In this document: positions 12,901 through 25,100 of the stretch, piece by piece
Layout of the letters: each line of letters opens with the position of its first letter
How positions within the stretch are numbered: position 1 is the first letter of the stretch
Source: Gnetum montanum
Lineage: Eukaryota; Plantae; Gnetophyta
Length of the DNA: 64,000 nt
Assembly: GCA_015680685.1 (NCBI GenBank)
Contig: MNCI01003108.1
Location: forward strand, 147,051-211,050
Direction of reading: 5' to 3'
The notes under the pieces: generated by a model
Databases searched by the model: none
The model's input: the letters and a program-made list of their open reading frames with translations, nothing else
Told to the model about the DNA's origin: nothing
Made by a program: the position numbers and the translations under genes

Positions 12901-15238
12901 ACGTGGCATCCACCTGCAAACCTTCCAAGAATGTCATTTCTAAAGTCAATGCCATCATCAACAATTTCACTTAATTAGGGGGAAGAGGACACTCCAAATT
13001 GCATCTTGTGTCCTAGGAAGAAGTATCATAGCCAAGAAAGGAAAGGGGCTTAGGCGTGCCAAAATTATGATGAGCCAACAGAATTTCAGCCATGTACCAC
13101 CTAGATAAGGCACATGACCACAATGAGGAGGAAAAGAAAGTTAGATTGGCAATCGACGAAGTACCAAGATTTCCACTAGGTGGCCGATTTTATTAACTCC
13201 AAGGAGGCACACAACACGTTAAAAAATTTTACTACGAGTTGAGGTGTCGATGCTCTTACATCCATCTACTGTTTTTCTGATGAGTTTTTGCTTTTCAAAG
13301 TCCATGCGTGGAAAGAAATCGAGGTGGTGATGGGAATCACGCCGACGTTTGAACCGGATTGCACCGTGTTTCAGGAGGACGAGAAGCTCTGGCAGATGGT
13401 GACACAGTGCGGCTAGTGCAACCCCCTACAGCGGCTGGTCAGGGACCCAAATCTGGCTGACGACGCTTTCTTTGCTAACTGGCGCAATGACCGGACCTTT
13501 TTCCAAGGGTGCGAGGTTATCATCACAGAATCCTCAAGCGCCAGCTGTCTTGGGGCCCAGGCCGCCGGAGAGGTCATCCTACCGTCCACACATGGTCTGC
13601 AGCACACAGAATTGTTTTTCGAAGGGCCCGTGCCACGCACACAAAGCTGGCAGGTGCCCAGATCTTCTCTTCCCTGTCTCTAGGCCCAGGTGGCAAATCT
13701 AGTGGACAGATTTTTTGTCTAATCTGGCAACGTTTTCAAGCTCCATGGCATACACTTTGCGTTTCTGTGTTGCCTAAAATTGGGATGTCAAGTTAACCTT
13801 CCCTATTTTTTTCCTGGAGACCCTTCTACTTAAACGACGCGGCCACCNTAGATGGATGTAAGAGCATCGACACCTCAACTCGTAGTAAAATTTTTTAACG
13901 TGTTGTGTGCCTNCAACCCCCATGCTGACCCCCCTAGCCCTACAGCTTCATCCAATCGGGGGAACCGCTAGACCCTGCCGGCAACAACCTTCACACGAAA
14001 GCGGCAAACCCAACGGGAACGGCGCCCCCCTACCAACCTCGCCGGGCCAGAATCCCCCTCGTCGGAAACCTCCGACCACAGCACGAATTGGAACGAGGAG
14101 CTACGACAAGCCACACAAAGGGTTGCAGCCAAAGCGCGTGAGGCTGAACGGCGGGAGTGGGAGGCCAAATGGCACAAAGCCCTTGCGCAAGCCCAGGCCA
14201 ACTTGGAGGCCCAGTTTTACAAGCAGGAGCAGGAGAGGCTGAGGCAACAAGATCTCATGGCCAACGCCACCTGGGCCCGATTAGTGGATGAAATCCAGGC
14301 CCAAGTGTGGGAAGAACTGCTACAGGAGGATGCTGCCCAAAGGGAACATGAAGAGGCGGAGTAGGTGGAACAGGAACGCATACAGGAGGAAGAGGAGCAA
14401 CGACAGCGACAGCTCGATCAGGCACACGAGCACAGTGCTCGACAATGGCTTAGAGGGGGGCGGTGCCCGTACCTCATCCTAGGCATCAGTTGCGAGAGCT
14501 CCTGGGGGGAGCTCAGGCGCCACATCTGCCGAACCTCGGCACATTTTCATCCTAATGGGGGAACTTCGCTAGCTGACCGAAACAGGTGGGAGTCGGCCAT
14601 GCAGGGTATCCAGTAGGCCGCTAGTTTCATGGACACGAAGGACCACCGAAACACGTTGGACCTTCTTCATAAGCTGAAGCGCTCACACTGCGCCTGCCGA
14701 CGAACCCCTAGAGGTGTGTTGTTTCTAACCACGGACGGTGCTTGCCCTCCCCCCCCCACCCCGCCGTCGTNNNNNNNNNNNNNNNNNNNNNNNNNNNNNN
14801 NNNNNNNNNNNNNNNNNNNNNNNNNNNNNNNNNNNNNNNNNNNNNNNNNNNNNNNNNNNNNNNNNNNNNNNNNNNNNNNNNNNNNNNNNNNNNNNNNNNN
14901 NNNNNNNNNNNNNNNNNNNNNNNNNNNNNNNNNNNNNNNNNNNNNNNNNNNNNNNNNNNNNNNNNNNNNNNNNNNNNNNNNNNNNNNNAAAAAAAAAGTT
15001 CGTTAAGGGGGTGTCACTGTGATTTTTGGGTCTTCTAAGGGATCTGGGTCATGAGATAGGGCCCAATTGGCATTCAAATTTCGACTATTTTTTTGTAAGG
15101 GGAGCCTCCTCCCCCAATTTCATCCTCATGGTTGGGTTACCACTATGAAGGGGATTAATCCTCACCTTCCTTTTTGTTTGGTCTTGTACTCTGCACATTT
15201 TTGCAATATAATACATTCCCAATCCTTAAAAGAAAAAA
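9970..15238 (+). mobile_element. Old L1 copy E (internally deleted; copy C nested inside)
   Basis: Decayed ORF1 (CCFCGRKG), endonuclease and RT (11785-12737, GLRQGDPL, HYVDD), then a jump to a J-domain remnant at 13080-13255 (ISAMYHLDK). A 3'UTR-like segment with A-rich end follows at 15005-15238. The 5' boundary is approximate. Confidence 0.75.
13305..14998 (+). mobile_element. 5'-truncated L1 copy C (extra C-terminal module only)
   Basis: WKEIEVVMGITPTFEPDC... domain, coiled coil, RCPYLILGISCESSWGELRRHICRTSAHFHPNG, and poly(A) after the N gap. Candidate decayed TSD aaagtccat/aaagttcgt. Confidence 0.9.
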
Positions 15239-17025
15239 CACTTCACTTACATAGTTTTGTCTTATTATATCTACCACTTCACTTGTGTAATTTTATCTTA
15301 TTAGATCTATCATTTCGCTACCTACATATGCTGGATAAACCTTTTTCACCACTTATGTTATATTAGCATGCCATAAGCTCTAACAATACCACAAAATGAA
15401 TAGTTAGACAGGCAGTGTTGGGGCTGGATTACTAAGTTATGATGGGAAACTCTCCGATGTTCTTGGGATGTCAGGATGTGTCAGGAACATGTTTCTACAT
15501 CCTAGGAATGCATCTCAAAAATGTGTTCCAAAAATGAAAAAATTTCTGACAAGTGAACTCATTCCAGGAAAAAGAAAAAGACTGAAAAATCTCTAAACAT
15601 AACTGTCTTATTCAAGATTGATTTCAGATTTTCTGTTCCGTCAAATTGCTGGATTTGCAGGTTAATATGGTTTCTAAAGCAATGAAAAATTCTACACACT
15701 ACAAACAGTTTTAAGTTTCAGGATTTGGTCAGATTCTTTCTTTCATCTTTCTGTCTTTGCTCGGTTCCTGGCTTCATGGTGAAAGGCTACATCTGTCACT
15801 GTCTCAGGGCTCCAAAATTTTAAGTTTCTCAATGGAAAAATGACCTGCACAGCATGACTGGCCAGCTTCCTAAATCTACTTACCATTGTCATGTGCTTTG
15901 CTGTCTTAGAACCCATGTTCTTTACTGATTATTTACAATTTCTCTTGTTTGTTTCTTAGTTAATATGTTGAGCTTTTAGAATCTAAGGGGTTTTTTTTAA
16001 TGATGAATGTAGTTAGTTTAACTGTTTAATATAATTGCACCTTGTTAATTTTAAAATTTTTTATTTTATTTTATTTTATGTCAGGAAAGTCCTGCACCAT
16101 GATGGGCAAAAAGAGTTAAACCAGTGTTAAACTTCAGTCAGCCCTACCCTAGCCCTAGCCTATCTCTATAGAAGAAACCCTCTAACCATGTCCTTTACCA
16201 CAACGTACTGTTTGCTCGAGAATTCTTGGCTCAGCTCAGATTCTACCAATTATTTGCAACTTCCTGGTATTAGTATGTCTCAGAAGGCTTTGTTCAAACT
16301 CCCTGCCTACATATGAAGTTTCAAGATTCGCTCATACTCTTAGCCTATATGTAAAGTTTCTTTTACACACTGTGCATCTGAAACTTTCTTATTTTTCTGG
16401 TAAGGGTTTCTTCTCTATCCTACCCTAAGCTACTTCACCATAATCCTTTGGTTGTTTCATTGAGATTGCAGGCTTTTGTTGATCCTTTATTCCCATTATT
16501 CATATCATCGGATAGAGGAACTACATATCAACACATTTCATTTAAAAGGATTTTGGGACAAAGGTTTGACCCCTAGAGTGATTCTACACCAAAGCTTTGG
16601 CCCTGGGTAATGTCATTGGTAGAATTAAGCCTCTAGTGCAATGGAGGTGTATGTAGCCATTGTAAGTTCTTTAATAAAGGTGGTAGATGCTTTCTTATTT
16701 TCCTATGAAATGCTAGGACTTGATGAGCATGTTGACTCAGAAATGAGGCTGGCTTGCTATTTTTATTTTCGCATGCACAGGGACTTTTCCTCTTTTCTCT
16801 GTTGCGTTTTTCCATGAGTGATACGTGCTATATGAAGGCTGCCTGACGTTGTCTAGGGGTAAGTGAGAAAAAGACATACATGCACTATGTGTTGCATTTT
16901 AAAACTACCCCATGCAAAATTCACTGGATCCAACAGTTAACCAGCTAAATCTTTCCTTAACGTAGAGAAGTAAAAAAATAAAAAAATAACTCCAATTCTA
17001 CAAGATCAGGAAAAATAAAACATAC

Positions 17026-17074
17026 CACAAGTAATCTTATTTTGATTGTTTGCATATGCTTTAACCAGTTCACC
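17026..17074 (-). CDS. Host gene exon (last visible)
   Basis: ttgcAG|GGT...G|GTatg, 49 bp, GELVKAYANNQNKITC(D); directly continues the family motif RKGELVK..AN...KITCD. Confidence 0.9.
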
Positions 17075-17499
17075 CTGCAAATAATTATCCACTTATTGAT
17101 TGCATGTTGATGAAGCCATAAATAGAAACGAAGAAAGAAATAAAATATTAGAACGATTCAAGAACCGTGATGACTTATTCCATTTGATTTGTCTCAAGAC
17201 ATGAATCTTCACAAAGACAGAATGAAATGTGCAATAGCAATATATCCTACAGTGCCCCATTTTTGTACATGTGACCTTAATACTTTATATCCTATGTTAC
17301 ATTGTCATATAATGATTAAATAAATGGTCTTGAACTTGTTTTTGAAGCTCATATACCCCTGAAGATGTATCTTATGTACTATGAAAAGTAAATATAGTGT
17401 TTTTTAGTATTTTTCTAATTAAACATAAAGAAAAAAAATGTTTCAATTGTTGAATCAGAGAGAAAAGTTTAACACCATCTTACAATTAATTCTAAGATT

Positions 17500-17760
17500 G
17501 ATTTTCTATTGTTTATGTTGGCATTTTTCTTAAAATTTTAATATATTGAATATTTTAAGTGATAAAACTGCATCAAAATTCAAAGTTAGACAATCCGCTG
17601 AAATTTGGTGGTCTATTGCATGTAGATTATGAATGTATAATTAATTCCTTATATAAAGTTATAGTTTATAATATTTTAATATTAAATGTTTAAAAAGTAC
17701 CTTAGTGCTTAGATTTTCAAATGTTTAATTGAAATATTAATTTTTATTACTGTAAACAGA
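17500..17760 (+). repeat. AT-rich dispersed repeat (second copy at about 32490-32730)
   Basis: Shared AAATTTGGTGG, TTAAATG..TTAAAAAGTAC and AAATATTAATTTTTA. Confidence 0.55.
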
Positions 17761-18437
17761 GCATTTATCCGCTCATTTTGATCATGTTCATATGTGTTGG
17801 ATGCATAAAAAATTGTAAAATCAATGTCTTTTGATAGTTAAAACATAGAAAATGGGAAAAATATTAAAACTAAATTGAAACCTATACATAGTATGGGTTG
17901 TGCACTGCACATACCATTTCGCAAAGCAAGGAGGCCATGCTACTTTGAGGAGTGGCAGGGAAAGGAAAAAAGGAAGGCTAAACATTGCTAGTCCTAGAAG
18001 ACGCTTTGGCTATGTTTTGGCTGAAATTGGGGCTGTTCTTCAAGCTTTTAAAAACAAAAAAGAAAACACTATTAGTAGTTGAATATGACTGCTCTTGCAT
18101 GGTTTTTTAGGACTGTTCCTGGAAGATTCGAGGCTGCATGTAACTGATGTTTGGGACTGTTCTGAAACGATTCTTGAATGCTGTTGACAGAAAGAGGCAA
18201 AAACTTTAAAGGGCTCAACAGAAACATAACCTTAATATCTTTCCTGTCTCTAAAACATATCACTCAAGTAATTGAGATATTTATTCCCAACCTTTTGAAG
18301 CCTTTCAATTAGTAAGAAGTGCATGGCTCCTTAGCTTGGAATATTTATAGGTTCTCTTTAGTAGGTATGTTGGATTAATTTGCAAATTGTGGATGCATTA
18401 GGTACATGAGTTTGGTTTGTTTTTGTCATTTGCATAA

Positions 18438-18492
18438 GTGCTAGCCAACCTGGTTTTGTTGGGACAAGGCTAAGATGATGATGATGATGATG
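18438..18492 (+). mobile_element. RTE-type LINE/SINE 3' terminus
   Basis: tagccaacc...gttgggacaaggctaa followed by a (GAT)n tail, resembling plant RTE 3' ends. Confidence 0.5.
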
Positions 18493-19989
18493 TACGTAAG
18501 CGCATTGGGTACATAAGTTTAACTTTTTGTTTAAATGTGTATTTCTTGTTCCAAAGTTGTGTTATCATAATTAACAGATATCCCCATTATTCTATCCAAA
18601 CCAATTTTACACTCTTGAAAATCAATTTTTCCTTTCAGCATATGCTAGTAGTTTCATCTCCAATTCATGTTTGTTATTTAAGTCTTCAGGTTCCATGTTC
18701 GTAGATTTTTAAAATAAAAAACTAAACTACCATAGAACAAGGAAACCATTGGTCACTTCCTACTCTTTGAGATGAGTTTTGGTTTTCAACTATGGTAACT
18801 TATGTGGAGACAACTCATTCCCCTCACAAGAAAACATGGATGTATAATCCAATTTCCATACATGAATCCAGCTCAATTAAAAATGACCAAGAAAACACAC
18901 TTTCCCCTTTCCACAGGAAATCAAACTCCTATTTTAATATGTGACTTATAGTGAGAACAAATTGCCATGACAATTCTTAATTGTCCATGCCTTCCTTTTG
19001 AAATATTTAAAAATTATTTGGAAGTAGAATTACCTGTTGCATAGTTTAATTGGTTGTTAACTGCATTGCAGAAATTTGCTAATTCCTTTAGCATGCATTA
19101 TAAATTATAGTATAGTTAAAATTTTCTTCTATCCAAGTGATTTGTTCTTTAATTAATTTTCTTTCATTATACTAACCCCATCTATTTACAAACATTTATG
19201 TTCTGTTATTTGGGCTGAAAAAGGCTCCAAAGCAAAAATTATATGTTTATGACAATGTAAAATCAGATTGCATGGGCAAGGTTGTTAAAGCTTATATATA
19301 TTTTTTAGCACTACCCATTGTACAAAGCCTCTATAGATATAATAAATAATCCTGTTTAATGAATATATAACGTAACATTAGGATTACCCCAAACCACATC
19401 CATTGGTGCTACTTGAAAGCAAACTTGAAATGAGTGAATCATACAATTTTTTGTTAATTTCAAGCTTATTAAGTGATTGGAAATTATAGTTGTCATCATT
19501 AGCCATGCATCTCCGTGAGGAAACATAGTGTTTGGAAAAGACAGAAGGTAACATTAGCACTATAATCAACCTACCGCTACGTAGTAATTCACATTTGTAC
19601 ATGTAGCCTTAATAGTTCATATTCCATTGGGTGTTGTTGCATACTGATTGAATACTTTGAAGATGTGCTTTATGTCTATAAATTAATATGAAAATTATTA
19701 ACTGGATAGTTAATGCAACTTTATTATTGATTAGCAATTTTTTTTAATTATACCCCATTTAAAATGGAAAATATATATTTTTATTATTAGATGAGAAAGA
19801 TAAGGTTTAGTCAATTTTAGAATACTACCTTAAAATTCATAGAAACATGATCCATGGTTTATTTTAGTGTTTGCTGAAAATTTTAACTTATTGAATATTT
19901 AATTAATATGAAACTAAAACTAAATTTTTACTTATGACCGCTGAGACCCTCTAAAAATCTATTAACTCAACATTGCCAGCTGAAATCAA

Positions 19990-20655
19990 ACATGTACTTC
20001 ATCAATGCAAAATCCAATGAAATTAGACATAAAAATTGTCATGAATGTTCTGCAATATGTGAAAGATATCAATATAGGTCTACAACATATGGATAATCAA
20101 CCATTCAAGATGACAGCATTATTCTAATGCAAATCCAATGACAAGGCAATCACAAACTAGATTTTTAATTTAACTTGGTTTAGCAACATTAAACTAGTGC
20201 AGTGTGAAGCAGAAGACGGTGACCATCTGTTCAAAGGAAGCTGAATATGAGGGAGATGCTAAAAGATCTCCCATGATTGAAAAACTTTTTGAAGAAATTA
20301 GAATGAAGTTACCACAATTAATCATCTTGTATTGTGATAACACAATAGCCATCAAGATTACTCAGAATCTAGTATACAATGAAATAAGCAAGGATACTAA
20401 AGGTGATATGCATTATTTATACAAAGGTATGAAAGTATATTTATAACCTCAAATTACATAAACACCAAATTCCAACAGGAAGATGGTCTCACCAAGCCAC
20501 TACCTCAAGAAGACTTTGCTAGATTCCAAGATTCCCTAGAATTGGGAAAATCTTCTAACTAAAAAGTGAGGAGGAGTTGAGACAATCACGGAGCTGTAAC
20601 CATAAGTGAGAAGCAAATTATTAACGCAAAAGATGAAGTAACAATTGAATGATGA
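19990..20655 (+). mobile_element. Ty1/copia RNase H remnant with PPT and start of 3' LTR
   Basis: KQKTVTICSKEAEY...LYCDNTIAIKI and DGLTKPL motifs; purine tract GTGAGGAGGAG at about 20566-20576. Confidence 0.7.
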
Positions 20656-20897
20656 GACGGCAGGAGCAACCATAGCAGGCGCAACCACAGCAGGAGCAAC
20701 AACGGTAGGAGAAGGAGCGACAGGCGGCACAACAGCCGTCAATGCGGGTATGGCAGATGCAACCGCTGCCAGCGCGGGGGGACGGGCACGGTTGCTGCTG
20801 CTGCTGCGGCGGGTGCGGCTGCAGCTGATGCGACAACCGGAGCAGCGGCAACCGAAGGGGGAGCATCTAGGACCATTGCGGCCTCCTCCCGTACAGA

Positions 20898-22169
20898 ATG
20901 CACCCTGCGCCTGCACATTCACCACCCCCTGCCGAGGGCGTTCGCACAATGGAACATAGCCTCATCGGTCGCTTCATCTCCCGGGGGAGCCGCCCCCGAC
21001 TGGACCTGATTCATCGCTGGACGAAGGAGCAATGGAAACTTGAGGACGTCGCTGTCCGGAGCCTCTCAGAGGACCTACTCCTTTTTATCCTCCCCTCCCT
21101 ACAGGACCGCGACTCCGTCCTTCTCGGTGGACCCTGGTTCTATGGGGCCCGGGGTCTCGCTTTGACCCCCTGGCGCCCAGGGGCCCATAGAGAGACCGAC
21201 CTGTTCACCCGTGCCCCGGTATGGATCCGAGTGGCCGGCATCCCATGGGAGTTTTGGAACCTTGAGTTCCTAAAGGAGGTGGCGGGTCACTTTGGAGAAT
21301 TCATCGCCTTCGACCGGGTTACGAGGTCAATGGAACGGATGGGCTTTTCCAGATTCTGCGTCTGGCGCAACCTGTCGGAGACCGACCTCGTTCGGGAGGT
21401 CGTGTTGGAACTCCCCGGGGGGGAGGAACCCCTCCAGGTTACCTTTGAAAACCTGGACCCTGGAGCTCCCCGGTTGCATGGCTCGGCCACCCGAGCGGAC
21501 CGGTTGACCGGCTACGGTTGCTGTGGCAAGCCCGAGCATCACGAGGCGGACTGTAGATTTCGAAGATCGAGACCGGCTAACCCGGCTCGCCAGTTGTTCG
21601 AGGGGGGCAACTGGNNNNNNNNNNNNNNNNNNNNNNNNNNNNNNNNNNNNNNNNNNNNNNNNNNNNNNNNNNNNNNNNNNNNNNNNNNNNNNNNNNNNNN
21701 NNNNNNNNNNNNNNNNNNNNNNNNNNNNNNNNNNNNNNNNNNNNNNNNNNNNNNNNNNNNNNNNNNNNNNNNNNNNNNNNNNNNNNNNNNNNNNNNNNNN
21801 NNNNNNNNNNNNNACCCCCTCTCTCCCACCTCCACACACACATCCCCAGCCAGGCCATCCCATCACTCACAAATATCAGACACTACCCACCCCAAACACC
21901 CACAGGAACCAGAACCAGAACCAGAACTCCCCCCCTTGGGGGAATGGGTTAACATTGTCCAGGGAAGCACTTGCACCAGACAACGCAAAGCGCAGCAGTC
22001 CCCAACCGAGGAGGCCGGCTGTACCCTGGTGGTACGAGCTGGGGAGGGACACCCCGGCCAACCGACCGAGCAATGGTCCCGAAGTAGACAGGCCCAACGG
22101 AACATTGATTTGGGCTAACAACAGACTTTACGGGAGGTCTACCAACGCCGCACATCTGGTTGTACATGA
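20898..22169 (+). pseudogene. L1 ORF1 (DUF4283-type RRM plus CCHC-like knuckle)
   Basis: SLIGRF...GGPWFYG...PVWIRVAGIPWEFW, CCGKPEHHEADC. Premature TAA at 22116; natural TGA at 22167-22169. The true start is probably upstream or truncated. Confidence 0.9.
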
Positions 22170-25100
22170 AGATTCTCAACTGGAACTGCAGGGGTCAGGG
22201 TACCCCCTATAAACGAAATACCCTGCGCCGTATTGTCAGAGAGGAGAATTGCGATCTGGTTTGCCTACAAGAAACCAAACTGCAAGCGGACGAATCTAGC
22301 CACCTCCAGTGGGTGGGTTGGACCACCCACTTGCAACCCTACCAGGGTAGAGCCGACGGTCTTGCCATCCTCGCACAGCCCACCACCACTCTGGTAGACG
22401 CCTCCCCTTGGGCCATTACAATCCACATCCCAGCCCACGGATTTTGGCTAACCAACTTCTATGGGGCGCAAGAATGGGAGTCACAGCTGCGTGAGCTGCA
22501 CCGCGTGGCCCTGCTGGTGCCCAACCGCTGCTCCTGGTTGGTGGTCGGTGACTTCAACCAACGTCTACACCCCTGGGAGAAATCTGGGGAGGCTGCCCCC
22601 CCACCTCCAGGCACGCAGGATTTCATGGATTGCCTAAATAGATTTTCCCTGGTTGATCTACCCATTGCGAACTGCAGGTTCACCTGGAGCAACCGGCGGA
22701 AAGGGGTGCACCGTGTCCTCTCCCGCATTGACCGAGTCTGTGTCAGTTCCGACCTCCTTCTCCGTTCCGCCATCACTGTGACGGGACAAGAACGGGCCGC
22801 CTCTGATCACCGCTCGTTGGTCGTCTCCATCGGCCTGCCTAAACCTCGGGCCCCGCACCCCTTTCAGTTCGAGACCGCCTGGTTCTCCAAACTGTGGCTG
22901 CGCCCCCTAGTGGAGGATATCTGGGCTGATTACCAGCCTAATCGGATGGACCCTCGGAGCTTCCTCAAAGATGCTCTCCTTCGGCTCAAGTGGGCCATCC
23001 GAGCCCTCCCAGTGGGGGAAAAATTCTCCTTTCGGGCTGGCCACAAGAGTGTTCGGGAGCAGCTCAGCCGCGTCCAGGCACAACAAGAGCAGGGAGCGGA
23101 CCTGTACTCGGAGGAGATGCATCTTCTTCGTCAACTCCAGAATCTTAACCAAGAGGAGGAAATGTATTGGCGGCAGCGATCTCGGGTCAGATGGCTCCGT
23201 GATGGAGATAGACAAACAAAATTCTTTTTCGCCATGGCCAAAACACGTGGCGAAACTCAGATCCGTGGCCTCCGCACGCAGACCGGGGAGTTGGTCGATG
23301 ACCCGCAGGGGATCGCCAATGAGCTCTCACACTACTGGGGGGAAGTTTGGACCAAGCGACCTACTCAACCCATCTCAGTCCATGTGGAGAAGGTGCTCAA
23401 TGCTACGGACAATCGACGTCTACTGGCCCCCTTCTCCTGGCCAGAATTGACTAACACCATCAACAACATGCCGGGAGGCAAAGCGCCTGGGCCAGATGGC
23501 TGGTCGCTGGAATTCTTCAAAGTTTTCCTGGACATTGTGGGACCCAACCTTCTGGATGCTTTCAACATTATGCTGGCCAAACGACAAGTGCAGCGCGAAC
23601 TCAACTGCTCTTGAATCGTTTGCATTCCAAAACAGGTGGACGCCCGCCGCCCGGAACACTTTCGTCCCATTGGAGTTTGCAATGTCCTCATTAGAATATT
23701 CTCCAAACTCCTGGTCAACCGCCTAGGACCCCTCTTACCCAAGTTGGTAGGAAGCAATCAGGCTGGTTTCGTTCAAGGTAGGGCCCTCCAAGATCAGGTT
23801 CTTCTCATGCAAGAGGTCCTCCATTCCCTTCGTACCACAAGCTTTCCAGGTATGTGTCTCAAGCTGGACATAGCCAAGGCATACGACACGCTTAGTTGGG
23901 ATGCCTTACAAGACATCATGCATAAAAAAGGTTTTGATCGTGGTTTTATCCAATTATGTATGCATATCCAGTCCTCTGCGGGTTTCTCCTTCGACGTGGG
24001 GGGCCGACTGTGGGGCTTCTCTTCACCTAGTAGGGGTCTGCGACAAGGCGACCCACTCTCTCCCTTGCTTTTCATCATTGCCATGGATCTCATGCAATAT
24101 TATTGCAGCACATCAGGCGTGGAGGGCTTGGATATTGTTGGGGTGGCATGTCGTGTTGAACACTATGCTGACGACACCATGTTACTTAGNNNNNNNNNNN
24201 NNNNNNNNNNNNNNNNNNNNNNNNNNNNNNNNNNNNNNNNNNNNNNNNNNNNNNNNNNNNNNNNNNNNNNNNNNNNNNNNNNNNNNNNNNNNNNNNNNNN
24301 NNNNNNNNNNNNNNNNNNNNNNNNNNNNNNNNNNNNNNNNNNNNNNNNNNNNNNNNNNNNNNNNNNNNNNNNNNNNNNNNNNNNNNNNNNNNNNNNNNNN
24401 NNNNNNNNNNNNNNNNNNNNNNNNNNNNNNNNNNNNNNNNNNNNNNNNNNNNNNNNNNNNNNNNNNNNNNNNNNNNNNNNNNNNNNNNNNNNNNNNNNNN
24501 NNNNNNNNNNNNNNNNNNNNNNNNNNNNNNNNNNNNNNNNNNNNNNNNNNNNNNNNNNNNNNNNNNNNNNNNNNNNNNNNNNNNNNNNNNNNNGGCCCGC
24601 ATCATTCAACGAAAATACACACCCTGGCAAATCGGCCCATGCCCCTCGCAGCCCTGGCAGATAATCTGCCGGCATGAACAGGAAATGATGCACTTGGGCT
24701 GGACCCACCTCGAGCCGCGCGCCCTGTTGACACAAAAATACCCATCGGAGGACGGCTGCCAGGAGATCTGGCGCGGGCAGCTCCCCGAAAAAATCAAACT
24801 GTTCCTCTGGCTCATTAAGTCTGCCGTGCTCCCTGTACGCACTGTACTACAGCAGCGCGGCATCATGCACGATGACACGTGCCCCCGATGTGAAAACGGC
24901 TCAGAAACCATCACGCACTTCATTCATGGGTGCCCTTGCATGCTTGCCATCGGNNNNNNNNNNNNNNCCCCCCCCCCCCCCGAGATGGTTTAATGGTGAC
25001 TCCTGGGAGTCCCTGCTTTTATGGCACGCCTGGAAGGCGCGTAATCACACGGTTTTTCTACAAGCTAGAACTCCCCCTCCCCAGCAGATCATCGTGCAGA

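Noticed and set aside
13849-13912. Perfect 64-bp inverted copy of 13205-13268 inside LINE copy C
   Set aside because: Bounded by a single N on each side and 100% identical despite an old context; most likely a short contig misplaced during gap filling, not a real inverted repeat.
14629-15038. ORFs containing long X runs (also 21327-21870 and 23901-24735)
   Set aside because: Artefacts of translating N gaps.
20536-20959. Ala/Thr/Gly-rich ORFs on both strands at the 5' end of copy B
   Set aside because: Low-complexity GC-rich ORF1 N-terminal region; the plus-strand ATG comes from the TSD, so these are not separate genes.
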